This document shows, piece by piece, positions 12,597 to 24,995 of a stretch of 64,000 nucleotides of DNA (positions within the stretch are counted from its first letter, which is position 1; each line of letters starts with the position of its first letter). The stretch is from assembly GCF_018977255.1 (NCBI RefSeq), contig NW_024704743.1:19408001-19472000 (forward strand). Reading direction: 5' to 3'. The notes under the pieces were generated by a model, which was not told the DNA's origin, made no database searches, and was given only the letters and a program-made list of their open reading frames with translations. This DNA is from Callorhinchus milii (Eukaryota). Both the position numbers and the translations under genes were made by a program.

Positions 12597-13069
12597 ACAA
12601 GTCTACCTATTTCTACTGAAGAACACACTGATCAGAATTACAGTTAGATTTGGAACAGCATCTCAATGGTTGTATCCTGAGGTTTAGCAAGACTGGCTGT
12701 ATCCCAGCCTGAGCTGTGTTTAGATCTCTCAGTAAATCACAAGTTTGGATGAAGAAGGACTCTGTCCAATTTGATCTCTTCTTCCAGAAACCTACCCTGC
12801 CATCCTCCCAACGCATCAAGCTGCTTTTTTTGAAATGAATCCATATTTCCTTGCTCTTTGCAACCCTAAACCTGAACCTTCTTCGTGTGCTGTTTTGACA
12901 AGTCTGAAAGTATTGTTCTCAGCTTACTTTTTCAATTCCATTCAACATCTTATATACCTCTACAAGGTCCCCTCTGAAACTTATCCTAGCAAGACTGAAG
13001 TGACCCGGTCTGTCTAATCACTGCTCATAGCTTATTCCTGTAACTGAATCCACATAGTCTCATCTGCAC

Positions 13070-13392
13070 TATAATAGTAATAATCCTTGCATTTGATACA
13101 GCACCTGATCACATCGTTGTGACGTCTCAAAGCCCTTCACATGATTCACTGTAAACTGTAGTGACTGTGTGATGTGTGGGGTAAACACGGCAGCCAATTG
13201 CGTACAGCGATGTCTCACAAACAGTCATGAATAGAGTGACCAAATTATTATGAGTTTTTGGGGAAGGGATTTATTACCCCTGGAAAGCGATCCAACAATC
13301 GACTTTGTTAGTGGGTTCCTACTTACTGCTAAGTAAACAGAGGTATGTGTGTGTGTGGAGTAAGGAAACTTGCCTAAGGTTTTGCCCTGCCT
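13070..13392 (-). mobile_element. Family A SINE (long variant, head truncated)
   Basis: Reverse tail and the gggttcctacttactgc...gtggagtaaggaaacttgcc block. Confidence 0.75.
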
Positions 13393-14344
13393 CAAGGGCA
13401 TGGGCAGCTCTCTTATGTCACAGAGAGGAGCTGTACAAAATAGGTTCAGTCTGACCAGACCACAGTAAAGCTTGAGAATCACTTTTGAGATCTTAATTCA
13501 ACTGATGTGGCAAGAAGGATCAGCACTCCGTTTGCCTTGTTAATTGCTGCCTCACACTGTTTTGGCCAATGTTATGGCCGTAAAAAAGCATGGAATGAGA
13601 AAAGATCATTCAGATCATTGAGTCTGTTGCTTCTACAGACCACCCCAAATCTATCATAGCCCAAGTAAAGTGGCATTTCAAGCCTGCATTGAGTTCAGAG
13701 AAGACAATTTGGATTCAGATCCCATTCCTGATTCATTTGATTTTGAAGAGCGAGAGCTATTGCCAGGCATCAAGCTGAAGCATCTAGATTGAATTCCTGA
13801 TGTAAGGAGCAAAGGAGCTTTGCGACTGTATGAGCAATGGATGCTGTCATCAAACTGATCTCATAAAGCTATGCAGAAAGCTATGATAGGAAGAACAAAA
13901 GATATTTCTGTAAACACTGAAATGGAAAAAGTAATGAGCCTTTCCCTTTACAGCATAGAACGTCTATTAATTTATTCTGGTCATGTGTAACAACCATTTA
14001 TTATTTTCTATAAAACTCCCATTAACTGTTTTTTTCACCTTTTGAAACATCCACTGCATTAACCCTTCACATGCAATGTGCTGCAAATGTAACTATTCTA
14101 GTTCCACTGAGCTGCTAATTATTTTGTCTAACATCGATCTCCAAAAGAAGGATCCTTACACTGAATTGGTTGCTTCCATTCACCTTTTTTGGGGGAGGTT
14201 GCAGGCATAGGGATCAACAAACCTTCCAGTGAATTTCACAAGTCCGAAGTCACAATGAATGCAATAAATGCAATCTGCGAATATTGTATTTTAGACCAGT
14301 GAGATTCTTGCTCTGAACCAACATGAAAAACTTTATTTTTCAAA

Positions 14345-14770
14345 AATCCTTACATTTGATATAGCACCTTTCAGGTCAGGAAGATGTCTCAAAGTGCTTC
14401 ACAGGATATACTTTAAAGTTAAGTGATTGTGTTTTTATGGGTTGGGATTGCAAACACAACATCATTTTTCACGCAGCAATGTCCCACAAATAGCCACGTG
14501 AATTATCAATTTTATTGGAGGATTATTGGCAAGGACATCAAAAGAAACTCCCTTCTCTTTGTTGAAAAGTACCATGGGATCTTTAACGTCCACCTGAACA
14601 AGCAGATGAGACCTCAGTTTAACATAGCATCTCCAACAAAGGAGCATACTCCGAGCACAGCATTGGAGTACCAGTAGATAATATGAGTTCGAAGTACCGA
14701 CACGGGGCTTGAATCCACATCCTTTTTACTCAGAGGCGAGAGTACTACCAACTAAACCAGAATGACATTG
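14345..14770 (-). mobile_element. Family B (Deu-like) SINE
   Basis: ccatgggatctttaacgtccacctgaac core and reversed tRNA-like head (ggggcttgaa...tactaccaact). Confidence 0.75.
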
Positions 14771-17700
14771 AACACTTACTGGCACTTTTTCAACTGACGC
14801 AATGCTACCACCTTCTCAGATTAATGCACATCTCTACAACATGCTGTGCTCATCATAGTCCAATATTGTAAAATTCCAGTTAATGCAAGTACTGAAGATA
14901 AATTGGCACCTACTGATGACATTGTAAAGTGACCGAGCTTCCAGTCATGAGTTTCATTAACAATTACATTAACATATTACACGTGAATATAGCACAGCTT
15001 CCAGTTTATCAACTGTAGGCATAAATGGTGATAAATATATACACAACACACCTGTGGTGTTATTGAATGGACATTAAAAAAATTGTAATGGGAGTCAATA
15101 AAGTGAATTATTTTGGTAACCGGAATTAACTCATGTTGACCCACAAAAACCCTGCTCCAATTCAATCTACCCCCAGCATGGAGTCCGTGTGAGTGTCAGA
15201 CATTCAGAACATCCTTCAGATTCTGAAGACACTCATCCAAGTTTCACACTATGCTAATGCTGTATATAAAAATGCTACAAATGCAGCAAAATAAGATGCT
15301 GTGCAAGGCCAGTTTTCTTATGTTATTCTGGTGTCCAAATTGTTAGATATTACCTGTCCTTTCTACTTTGTCTAAGTGCAACCCAGGCACTGTGTAGTGT
15401 GAAATACTGATTATATGCGTCATAGACTATGTCAGCTCCAGAGGCCACACACATTTGTTTGTCTTCCAGGCCAGATCTAACTTGTACCAGCTCACTGTGT
15501 GACATACCGCATGGTATGTAATTTGACTGGGCTTGTCCAACTCCATATATCCTGCCAAAGTAATTGTGGCATCACATTCATTTATATAACAAAATGAAGG
15601 TACATAATGCATGATCCAGAAATATGTTTAGCCCAACAAGAGAGAAAAAATGGTAGAAGAAATTTAGATGCAGACAAAGGGCAATTGATCCAATGAGCCT
15701 GGCTTTTTTGTTGCTCAAGGCTACTTATTTGCCTTGACACCACATCTCCCAATCTCCTCTCTCCAGAAATCTGTCTCCTGCAAGTTTCTTCTTGAAACAG
15801 TTTGTATTGTATCCCTCAATGATCTGCCCCAGCATATTATTCCACAAGTCTATTACCTTTGTATAAACTCATTCTGCCTGACTTAACACCTTATGTCTAA
15901 GTTCCACATATTTCACTTTGCATCCTCATGTATTTCATTGTAATTAATATTTTGCCTACCTGTGATCTGCAAATTGTGAATTCCCTTAAAGTCTTGGAAA
16001 GCTCAATTAGATTACCTTCTCTTTTCCAAAGAGAATAGCCCAGCTTCTTTGACCTTCCCTAATACCTTGGGTTCCTGATATACAGATTCATGATGTTTGC
16101 TCATCTCTGTACCTTCTCAATGACACGATTTTCCCTGCCTAAGGTTAGGTGAGCAGAACAGCCACACACACTTCAGATGCTGTTAACCTTGTTATCCTTT
16201 TGAACAGTTTAGGAGACTCTTTGCAAAAGGCCAGGGCCAAAGCAGCCAAATAAAACCAGAGTCCCTATATCCAGTTTCAGTCTGCTATTCTCTTTATGGT
16301 TTTTTCTGCCTTTGGCTTCTCATGCTTGCCTGCTTTTAGAATAAGGGAGATTCAAGATCAAAAGAAGGGTAAACGGAGATTTCTGTGACAACAACTCAGT
16401 CTTGAGATACCGTATAAAAAGTGGAGATCTGCTATTTTGAGGGAATGTAATCTGAATCACTATTTGTGGCACAAGAGGAGTCCCTAATGATTTGCCACTT
16501 TTGAAATAATCATCATAGGAGCACCATATGCCATCCGACGTGTAATAAAAAGAAGGCAGCCCATCATTATGGGGATGTAATGCAATACGGACAGCAATTA
16601 AAGGGAAGGTAACATTGAAACATTAGACTGTGGACTGTGAAGGGAAGAGATTTAGGGATCAATTTTACAGGATACCTGTGAATCGCTTTGAGATGTTTCA
16701 ATGTGATAAGGCACTATAAAAATGCTTTCTGTTCAGCTGTGCTGGATTTATGTGCCAATGTGCTGCTGATTTAATTGCAATGCCGTCAAGGCTGCCTCTG
16801 GCAGTTAACAGTGGTTGATTCACATTAAAAAGAACCCTCGGTTACAGGCTTGTATCACAACAGCTTGACTGCAAGTCTGCGCAGAGCTGGGATCAAAGTT
16901 TAGCTTATTCAGAGCATGGCACTCAAGGCCTGACAGCTAAGGAAGAAATAAAAACAAGGAGAAACGGAGTACTAACCATAAAAACAAAGGTTTTTCTAGC
17001 CATTTGAAACAAATTATAACTCTTCAGGTTGTACCATTCTGGCTTTTAAAGGTAAATTTGGCAAGGAAATCCTTCAACAAGGGTATTTTATGACTATGGT
17101 AATACCAACTGTGTATTAGTTATGTAATGCACTGCGTTAAAGCTTTTAATTGCACAACTTGAAGAAATGAAATATCCAGGGATAAAGGGAGATTGAGGAG
17201 GAATTGGATCAGAGGAAATATCTCTATTGGAGGTGGCAGCAACAAAATAGTCTTGATTTGCCAAATACCCTCCTTCTTTGCTGTCAACCTTTTATGATTC
17301 TATCATGCCACTGAGTTGGTTGAGATGATGCAGTGCTCTAGATGTAACCATAATAAGAAAGTAAATTGAGACAAGGTGTAAATTGCTGCTGTTATTAAAG
17401 AGAAACAAAGGATTATTGCGAGCACAAGTGGTCTTCTTAGATCAGCTGAAAGCAGTGTTTGAATGTTAGCTGAATGAGATGCTATTTAGGTTCTTTTTCG
17501 ACTTTATTCCTATTCTGCCATTTCTCACACTGATTCCATGATTTCAGAAAGCAAGTGGTGTAATAGTTTTTGACTTGGTTTGTAAACTGCAAATGTAAAA
17601 GGCATCAGCCTGAGAATTGCAACAAGCCAACAGCGCCAGCGAAGAGCATTAGCTGGACAAGACAGAACAAATCCATCCTTTAAATCAGGTGTAAAACCAA

Positions 17701-18504
17701 GGCCCTATCCTTCTGTTCAGATGAGGATCCCACAACTCAGTTTGAAAAGAGGAGGCCCTTTTTTTCCTCGCCAATAATCCTTCAGAATAATTGGTCATTC
17801 TCTTCACATGGCGTTTGTGGGATCTTAATGTGTGAAATTGTCTGCTGCATTTGTCTTTAAATACACAGGTACTACACTTGACAGCAATTACCTGTGAAGC
17901 ACTTTGTGACATTTCAGCATTATCAAATGCGTTCACAGTTGCTAACTAACACACAGCTTTTAAACCATGTCCATGTTATACTTACAACTAGTAAAAATCA
18001 TATTAATGGCTGTATTCCCCTCCCATTGTCTACATATACACTTTACAGTAAAGTCATGTGCAGCTCTTTAAGACTCTTAATAACATAACAATGGACTGGA
18101 TGACATACAAGGATCATTATTGTTATTAATAAGCCTTCTATGTGTTCCTGTTTGCAGCTATATGTAACGAAATTAGTGGAATACGTGCCCAGTGGAGTTG
18201 TTAGGTAATGGAATTTGGGAAGAATTGATGCAATTAATGAACCTGGCATTAGAGAAGGAAGTTTCTCCCAGGTCCTGGCCAACATTCTCCTAAATAAAAC
18301 ATCTTTTTTCACTCCATGGCTGTGAGACTTTGCTGTTCTCAAATTGGCTGCTGTGTCCACCGACTAAATATGTAATCACTACACTTTCCATTATATCCAT
18401 GCAGCGTTTTGAGATGAATTCCCAACATGGTAGGTGTTGTACCAAATGTAAGGATTATTATTATTATTATGATTATTATTCCCAGGAAAATAAATGAGCT
18501 ATGT

Positions 18505-19830
18505 TAGATGCTACTGGGTCGATTGGAGAGTGAGGAGGTTGGAGAGGTAGGTAGGGAGATTACGGAGTGAATAGATCTGAACATGAGAGTGAGGATCTTG
18601 AAGTTAATCCGTTCAGTCATGAGGAGCCAGTGGAGCCTGGCCAGAACTGGTAAGATGTGGGTATGGAGTTTGGTCTGGGTCAGTATGCGGGCGGCAGAGT
18701 TTTGAATGAGCTGAAACTTGTGAATGGCGGAGCTGGGGAGATCGACGAGGAGTGAGTTGGAATAATGCAAGCAGAAGGTGACAGACACATGCATGAGGGT
18801 TTTGGCTGCATTTAGGGTAAGGTATGGTTGGAAGTGGGAAATGTGGCGGAGGTGGAAGAAAGCAGTCCTGGTCAGGGACCAGATGTGGGGCAGGAAGGAC
18901 AGTTGGGGGTCGAACCGAATGCATAGGTTACACACTGGTTCAGTGAGTCTGAGGGAGAGCCCAGGGCGGTTGAGGAGTTTAAATCCGCAGGAGTGAAGAC
19001 GATGACGGGAGCCAAGGAGTATGGCTTCCGGCTTGTCCATATTCAGCTGCAGGAAGTTTTTGCCCACAAATATACGGTCAATTCACTTTACAGTCTATTC
19101 TGTGAAGCGCTTTGAGTGCTTTGAGACGTCGATAAGACATGAAAAGCGTTATATCAAATGCAAGGATTATTATTATAAGTTTATATTCATCCAGGCCTTG
19201 TTGTTTGCCAGACAAGCTGATAGAACATCAATGGACCTGGAGTTGGTACTGGAGGAGGTAGTAGTAGATTTGTGTGTCATCCGCATCCATGTGGAAGTTT
19301 ACCCCGTGTCTACAGATGACATCACCCATAGGGAGCATATAGATGAGGAAAAGAATGGGGCCAAGGATGCAGCGCCAGGGTATACCCCATATGGGACCAG
19401 GCAGGGACAGGAGGAGGAAACATTTGCTGAGATGAAATGGAGGCGGTTGGTTAATTAGGACTCGAACAATATGAGTGCGGTCCCACTCAGGTAAATTAAG
19501 GAGGAGAGCTAATGGAAGAGGATGGCGTGGTGGACTGTGTCGAATGCAGCAGAGAGATCTAGGAGGACGAGTAGGCAGAGGGAGCCCTGGTCACAGATAG
19601 AGAAGACGTCGTTTGTGACTTTGACAAGCGCTGTCTCTGTGCTGTGGGCAGTCAGGGTGAAAACCAGACCGCAGGGGCTCGAGGAGGGAGTGGAGGGAAA
19701 GGTGTGACCGAAGTTGATCTGCAACAGTGCGTTCCAGGACTTTGACAAGGAAGGGTAGGTTGGAGATGGGATGGAAATGTGCAAGATTAGAGGGATCGAA
19801 GGTGGGTTTTTTGAGGAAGGGTGGAACATG
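18505..19830 (-). mobile_element. L2 LINE ORF2 fragment with a SINE tail nested at about 19060-19177
   Basis: Minus-strand peptides [56 protein letters not shown]. The SINE tail is in the opposite orientation and interrupts the ORF. Confidence 0.88.
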
Positions 19831-20077
19831 TGTGGAACTCTCAGTCTGGTTTGAATACTGTTAGGCATGGTAATGAGTTTCAACATGTGTCAAGCACCCT
19901 GCTGACCAAAAGAAAAAATAGTCTTTTTTTTGTGCTTGCTGGCGAACGCAACAGGAAGAAAGATACAATACAAATTTGCATTTATATAATGCCCTCCCTG
20001 CATGGTCGTGTCTTGGAGTACGTAAACGGCAACTAAACAAACAGTTACATTACCTGGTTATTTTTCTTCTCCTACAG

Positions 20078-20356
20078 GGCCAATCATACCTCCGCCTACA
20101 AACTGTACTACTGATACGTTCCAGTGTCTAGTTGGGCCTGAATGTATTCCACTGTTATGGAGGTGCGATGACAAAGAAGACTGTGCAGATGGAAGTGATG
20201 AATCAAAGTGTCCAGTTCAATCACCAGAGAACCCGCCTACTCAGCAACCTTGTGGAGAGAAAGAATTCCGGTGTTCCAATGAGGTTTGCATTCCATCTCT
20301 GCTCAGGTGTGACGGAGTCCCAGACTGCCTTTCTGCAGAGGATGAATTGACCTGCC
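20078..20356 (+). CDS. MALRD1: MALRD1 exon: two LDL-receptor class A repeats (CTTDTFQC...[21 protein letters not shown]...[13 protein letters not shown])
   Basis: Acceptor ttcttctcctacag|, donor |gtaagt; 279 nt, phase 1 to 1. Two 6-Cys LDLa modules with acidic Ca-binding motifs. The ORF track shows only a wrong frame here. Confidence 0.95.
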
Positions 20357-20547
20357 GTAAGTCACGCTCAGTCTTTGGAGCGAAAAATGTGGTATGTGAA
20401 AAGTTATTTATCACCAGTGGAGATGATCACATTGTTGGATATTCTGTCACAGTCAATGACTACAACGTAACAACAATAACAACAACAGAATTACAAATAG
20501 GAACGTCAACCACCCCTACCCTCCCCCCCAAAAAATGTAATTCATGC

Positions 20548-20918
20548 TGAGTCCTGTAACTTAGTGGTTAGAGCTCTCGCAAACGAGAGGACCTGGGTTC
20601 GATTCCCAGGCAGAGTGAAACCTTGGGGAAGTTTCATTACTCCACACAACTCTGTTCACCTTGCGGTAAGTAGGAACCCAGTTGCTAGTCGATTGGATTT
20701 TCTGGGAGTAATAAATTCCTTCAAAAATAAATAGCTAAAAAATAATAATAATTTGGTGACTGTTTGTGGGACACTGCTGTGCGCAATTGGCTGCTGCGTT
20801 TCGCCCATAAGTATGCAGTCAATTCACTTTACAGTGCATTCTGTGAAGTGCTTTGAGACGTCTAGAAGACATGATAAGGCGCTATATCAAATGCAAGGAT
20901 TATTATTATTATTATTTG
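20548..20918 (+). mobile_element. Family A SINE, full-length long variant
   Basis: gagtcctgtaacttagtggttagag...gggttcgattccc (B box GTTCGA), CORE-like segment, tail ...aaatgcaaggattattattat. Confidence 0.85.
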
Positions 20919-23479
20919 CATGACAGCAGGATCAAAGGCACCACTTTCCATCTCAATGGCAACAATAACCGGCATTGGGCAAAACCTTTTAAAGTGGAGG
21001 GGAATTCCAGTGAAAGTCATTGACAAGAACATGTCCAGGATGGGTTGATCCAGACAATGACACTAGAATGGTGATAATTATCACATCACAAACTGCATTC
21101 TTCACCCCTGTGTTCCTTATGTATTTTTGTGGCTATGATACCGATGTTGTTGCTATTGCTATTCCGGCTTGGTTTCACTGTCTTTGAAAGGTGTGGTGTA
21201 GAATCCGCCCCCGACTGCCTGGGTGCCTGAGGGGTAACAGATTCATCAATAAGTAAAACTTCCCCAACCGTACCTGATCGTTTCATCCTTGTGTACATCC
21301 CTCAAAGTCAGTTCATCTGTCAACAAACCTATGACAATGCATCGTCAATTTCATTGCACACAGCAGATTGTGTTTGTTCTATCATCTAGAGCAGGGTAGA
21401 TTAAAGAATGAGCCATATTGTGACAGTTTTACTCACTGATCGGAAAATGTGACTTAAATTACCAATAGTTGAAAGTGGCAAATGAGGGTATTAAGGGCTA
21501 TGAGGAAGAGGGAGGGAAATGGGGTTCAAGCATCTTCCAAGATCCAAAACATTGGCAAAACAGGCTCAGTAGACTTGAATAAACTCTGCCTGTTCCTTTG
21601 TTCTAAATTATCACTGACTCTTCTTCCCTCCAATTTCCTCCCCTCATCCACTGAAGTGTAACAACAGCTTGCCATCAAACTAAGCCATTTTGCAGTGCCT
21701 CGAGACACTAACTCATGTGAAGGGTGCTATATAATGCAAGTTGTTGTTATCATTATTGCGAAACAGTTCCATAGGTGCCAGGTTCGAACAGAATCTTGTC
21801 TAGTATAAGTATAAACAGGTGGTGACAGAAGGCTATTCAAAACCCAATCTCCATCTTGTTGACAATCAATAAACACTCCACATGTGCACTGTTCAGCAGA
21901 AATTAATCACTGAATAGTGGTGAAGCACAATAGTGAGGAACCTATGCTTCTTTCTCCTTCCTCACTAGTCCGGGGATATTGAGGCGAATTCTAGAACATG
22001 TATTGGTGATAATATTAAAAGGTGTATTCTTTCCTCCATGCTACATTTTCCAACTGAATAATTTGGGAAGCCCTAAACGTGATTTGCTGAGATGGCCACA
22101 TGTAAGCAATAATTGTACACCAGGTTTTTGCGTTTCTCAATGTATTTCTCCTAGGTTAGCACTTGGAGCTTTTATTATTCATAACCAATTATAAAAACAA
22201 TACAATATGACACTTCTGACACTTGCACTCGATTGAGCATCAGTGGCAAGAACATTTTTTGTGAAAACGTTTGTAGAATCAATGTAAACAGTTGAGCTCT
22301 GCACGTGTTGTGCCTGGTGAATCTATGACCCCCACAGATAACTGTCTGTATATCAATTAGTTTGCGGAAACCAAAGAGACAGCTCAGAGGCTGACTTGCT
22401 TTTCCTCCTCATGCCAATATTATTGTATCTGCACAGTTATTCAATTACAGCTTCATTCCGCTACACTGTTTCCAGATGGTATAATTTGTACCAATGTTCC
22501 AGATAGGCCGACTGTAACAGTTCACTCGCAAATACAGAAAATATTGTTTTAGGAATAAAAGACATGATTAGAGTGGTAAACTCTGAACGATTAGCTCATG
22601 ACAGCAGTTTTGCCAATGGTATACTTAACAATGTATGAAAAGCAGTTCAGTCAAATTACAGCCAAGCAGTTTAGCATTTCTCAGATAGCTGGCAAGGAAT
22701 TGTCTCAAAGATGCATCCTAGTGTGCAGATTTATTAGTGGGGCATTTTCACCTACAATTTACAGTAAATCTTGTGTTTTGAAACGCCCTCCCAACTTGAA
22801 AGCTGCTATATATCACATGCAATGATTATTATTTATTAGTAGCAGCAGTAATTCTGAATAAAATATTGGAAGAGGGTCGTGATCTATAATTATCCTCAGT
22901 GATAATTATAAATTTAACACATGGACAGAAATTGCAGTTAAATTTTTTCCTAAAAACCTGCTCTTAACAACAGGTTTGGGAATGAACAACTAACTACCTT
23001 TTGTTTAACTAAATCATGAAATATTTATTGAGTGTTTTCATTGTTTAACATAGATAATTCAATGCAAACTCAGTCTGTTTTCTGTTGGTCTTTCCAAAAT
23101 GGAATAAACAAAGCAATCTTTCTCAACAGATTATCAATTCCATAATACATTCTGTTAAGAAACATTTAATTTTTCACCTCTACATTCAGGTCGACCATAT
23201 TAAAACACAATGGATTTGCGTCCATAAACTCAGAATTGACATTATAACAGGGCCAGTCTGTACTTTAAGCACTCCGAGACATTACCCCATGCCATGCTGA
23301 TGGCGTCGGGAGCATATCATTTCCTGCGCATTTCGTGCATGTGCAGGAAGCCATATCAGTGGTACTTCCTGCACATAGCACACACATACAGGAAGCTGCC
23401 GGTCAGTGCTGGGTGATTTCACAAGATTATAAATATCACTGTTGCAATACCAATAAATCTAAAGTCTAACGTCCAAGGA

Positions 23480-24125
23480 GTAAAGTGTTAGGGAGTGGAT
23501 TGAGAATATACTGCAGTGCTTTCACTAAGCAATCAATAATAAACCAGAGCACTTGATGGCTGGTGCAGACACAGATGGATTGCTTCATAGAAATTTAAAA
23601 TAAATGAGGGAATTGTAATGAATGGATTAGCAGAATTCTGGAGAAGCTCAGTAGATAGAGGAGTATACTGGAGGAGTGTAGGTTAGCTGATGTGACTTCA
23701 GTCTTTTGAAAAGAATCATAAATATGAACTCGGAAATTATAAGGCTGATAGCTCAAATCTATGAAAGAAAACTTCTCAAGTCAATTATAAAGGAAGTGAA
23801 TAGAGAGCATCCAGTGAGAGGAAATGTTCTGAGACTAAGCCCACATTTCTTTTTCAAAGGTAGATCATGCCAATTAAAATACTTTCATTATTATAATAAA
23901 ATCCTTACATTTGATTTAACACCTTTTACTTTGGGAGGACATCTCAAATCATTTCATAGGGTTTTGCTATAAAGTGTACTGATTGTTTTTTATTGAAAAG
24001 AAAAAATTTGCAAGGCTATAGAGAAAAAAAACGGCAGAGTGGGACTGATTGGATAGCTCTTTCAAAGAGCTGGCACGGGCATGATGGTCTCCTGTGCTGT
24101 TAGATTCTATAATTCTATGATTCTA
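23480..24125 (+). mobile_element. CR1 LINE fragments including 3' tail
   Basis: Decayed CR1-like ORF2 segments and a 3' end with (attctatg)-type repeats at about 24104-24126; a SINE tail is inserted. Confidence 0.6.
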
Positions 24126-24599
24126 TTTTATGTGTCCTTGTGTAGGCAAATGTTTATTTAGTAGGTACTTTTCACTCCAATTCTAACTCTATGCTCATAA
24201 TATGATTTAATCCAAAGATGTGTATGCATAACCAATTTATAGGTAGCTGATAATTAGTTGCATGTGTTACATCCTGATTCTCAGATGGCATTTGATAATG
24301 TTTCTCAGAACAAATTTAATCCTAAAGGATTGATTCTAGGGGGTGAATCTGTAATGTCCTGAATTTAGTGAGTGAGGGTGTCTGTTGCTCCCAGCTCAGT
24401 AATTATATCAAGAATTTCAGGATCATCTCTCAAGAACTCAGATGAAGTTGTAAGTTGTAAATTACAACAATACTTACATTTGGTATATCATTTATAATAT
24501 AAAATATATTTGTTACACAATACACAGTCACTACGCTTTACAGTATATCCTGTGATACATTTTCCCATGTCTCAACGATGTAGTAAAGCACTACATCAA

Positions 24600-24995
24600 A
24601 TGCAAGAATTATTATTATTATAACGTTGAAATATGTTTCACAGGATTTTACTGTGAATTGTAAGGACTGGGTATTTGTAGACAATCGGGGCATCCAATTT
24701 GTACACACCAACGTCCCACAACAGCATTGAAGTGAATAAACAATTTAGAGGATTGTTGGCCAGAACACCGGTAGAAACTCCCTTCACTTTTTGAATTGAG
24801 CCATTGGATCTTTAACATCCACCTGACCCGACAGACAGGATCTTAGTTTAATGACTGTTCCAACTGACAACACTTCCAAAAATTAAAATTGGAGTGTCAT
24901 CTTTGATCATGAGCTCGAAGTCCCAATGATGGGGTTTGGAATCCACAACTTGCTGACTCTGAGACAAAAGCGCTACCAACTGACCTTGGCTGATA
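24600..24995 (-). mobile_element. Family B SINE
   Basis: Reverse Deu-like core ggatctttaacatccacctga and reversed head ctgactctgag...ctaccaactga. Confidence 0.7.

Noticed and set aside
20132..20550. ORF-track 72-aa and 67-aa proteins
   Set aside because: Wrong frame or intron read-through over the real LDLa exon 20078-20356.
20548..20620. tRNA-like sequences with A/B boxes (also at about 3580, 12180, 27760, 32870, 40900, 42250, 63280)
   Set aside because: They continue directly into SINE bodies and tails and are mutated; these are SINE heads, not tRNA genes.
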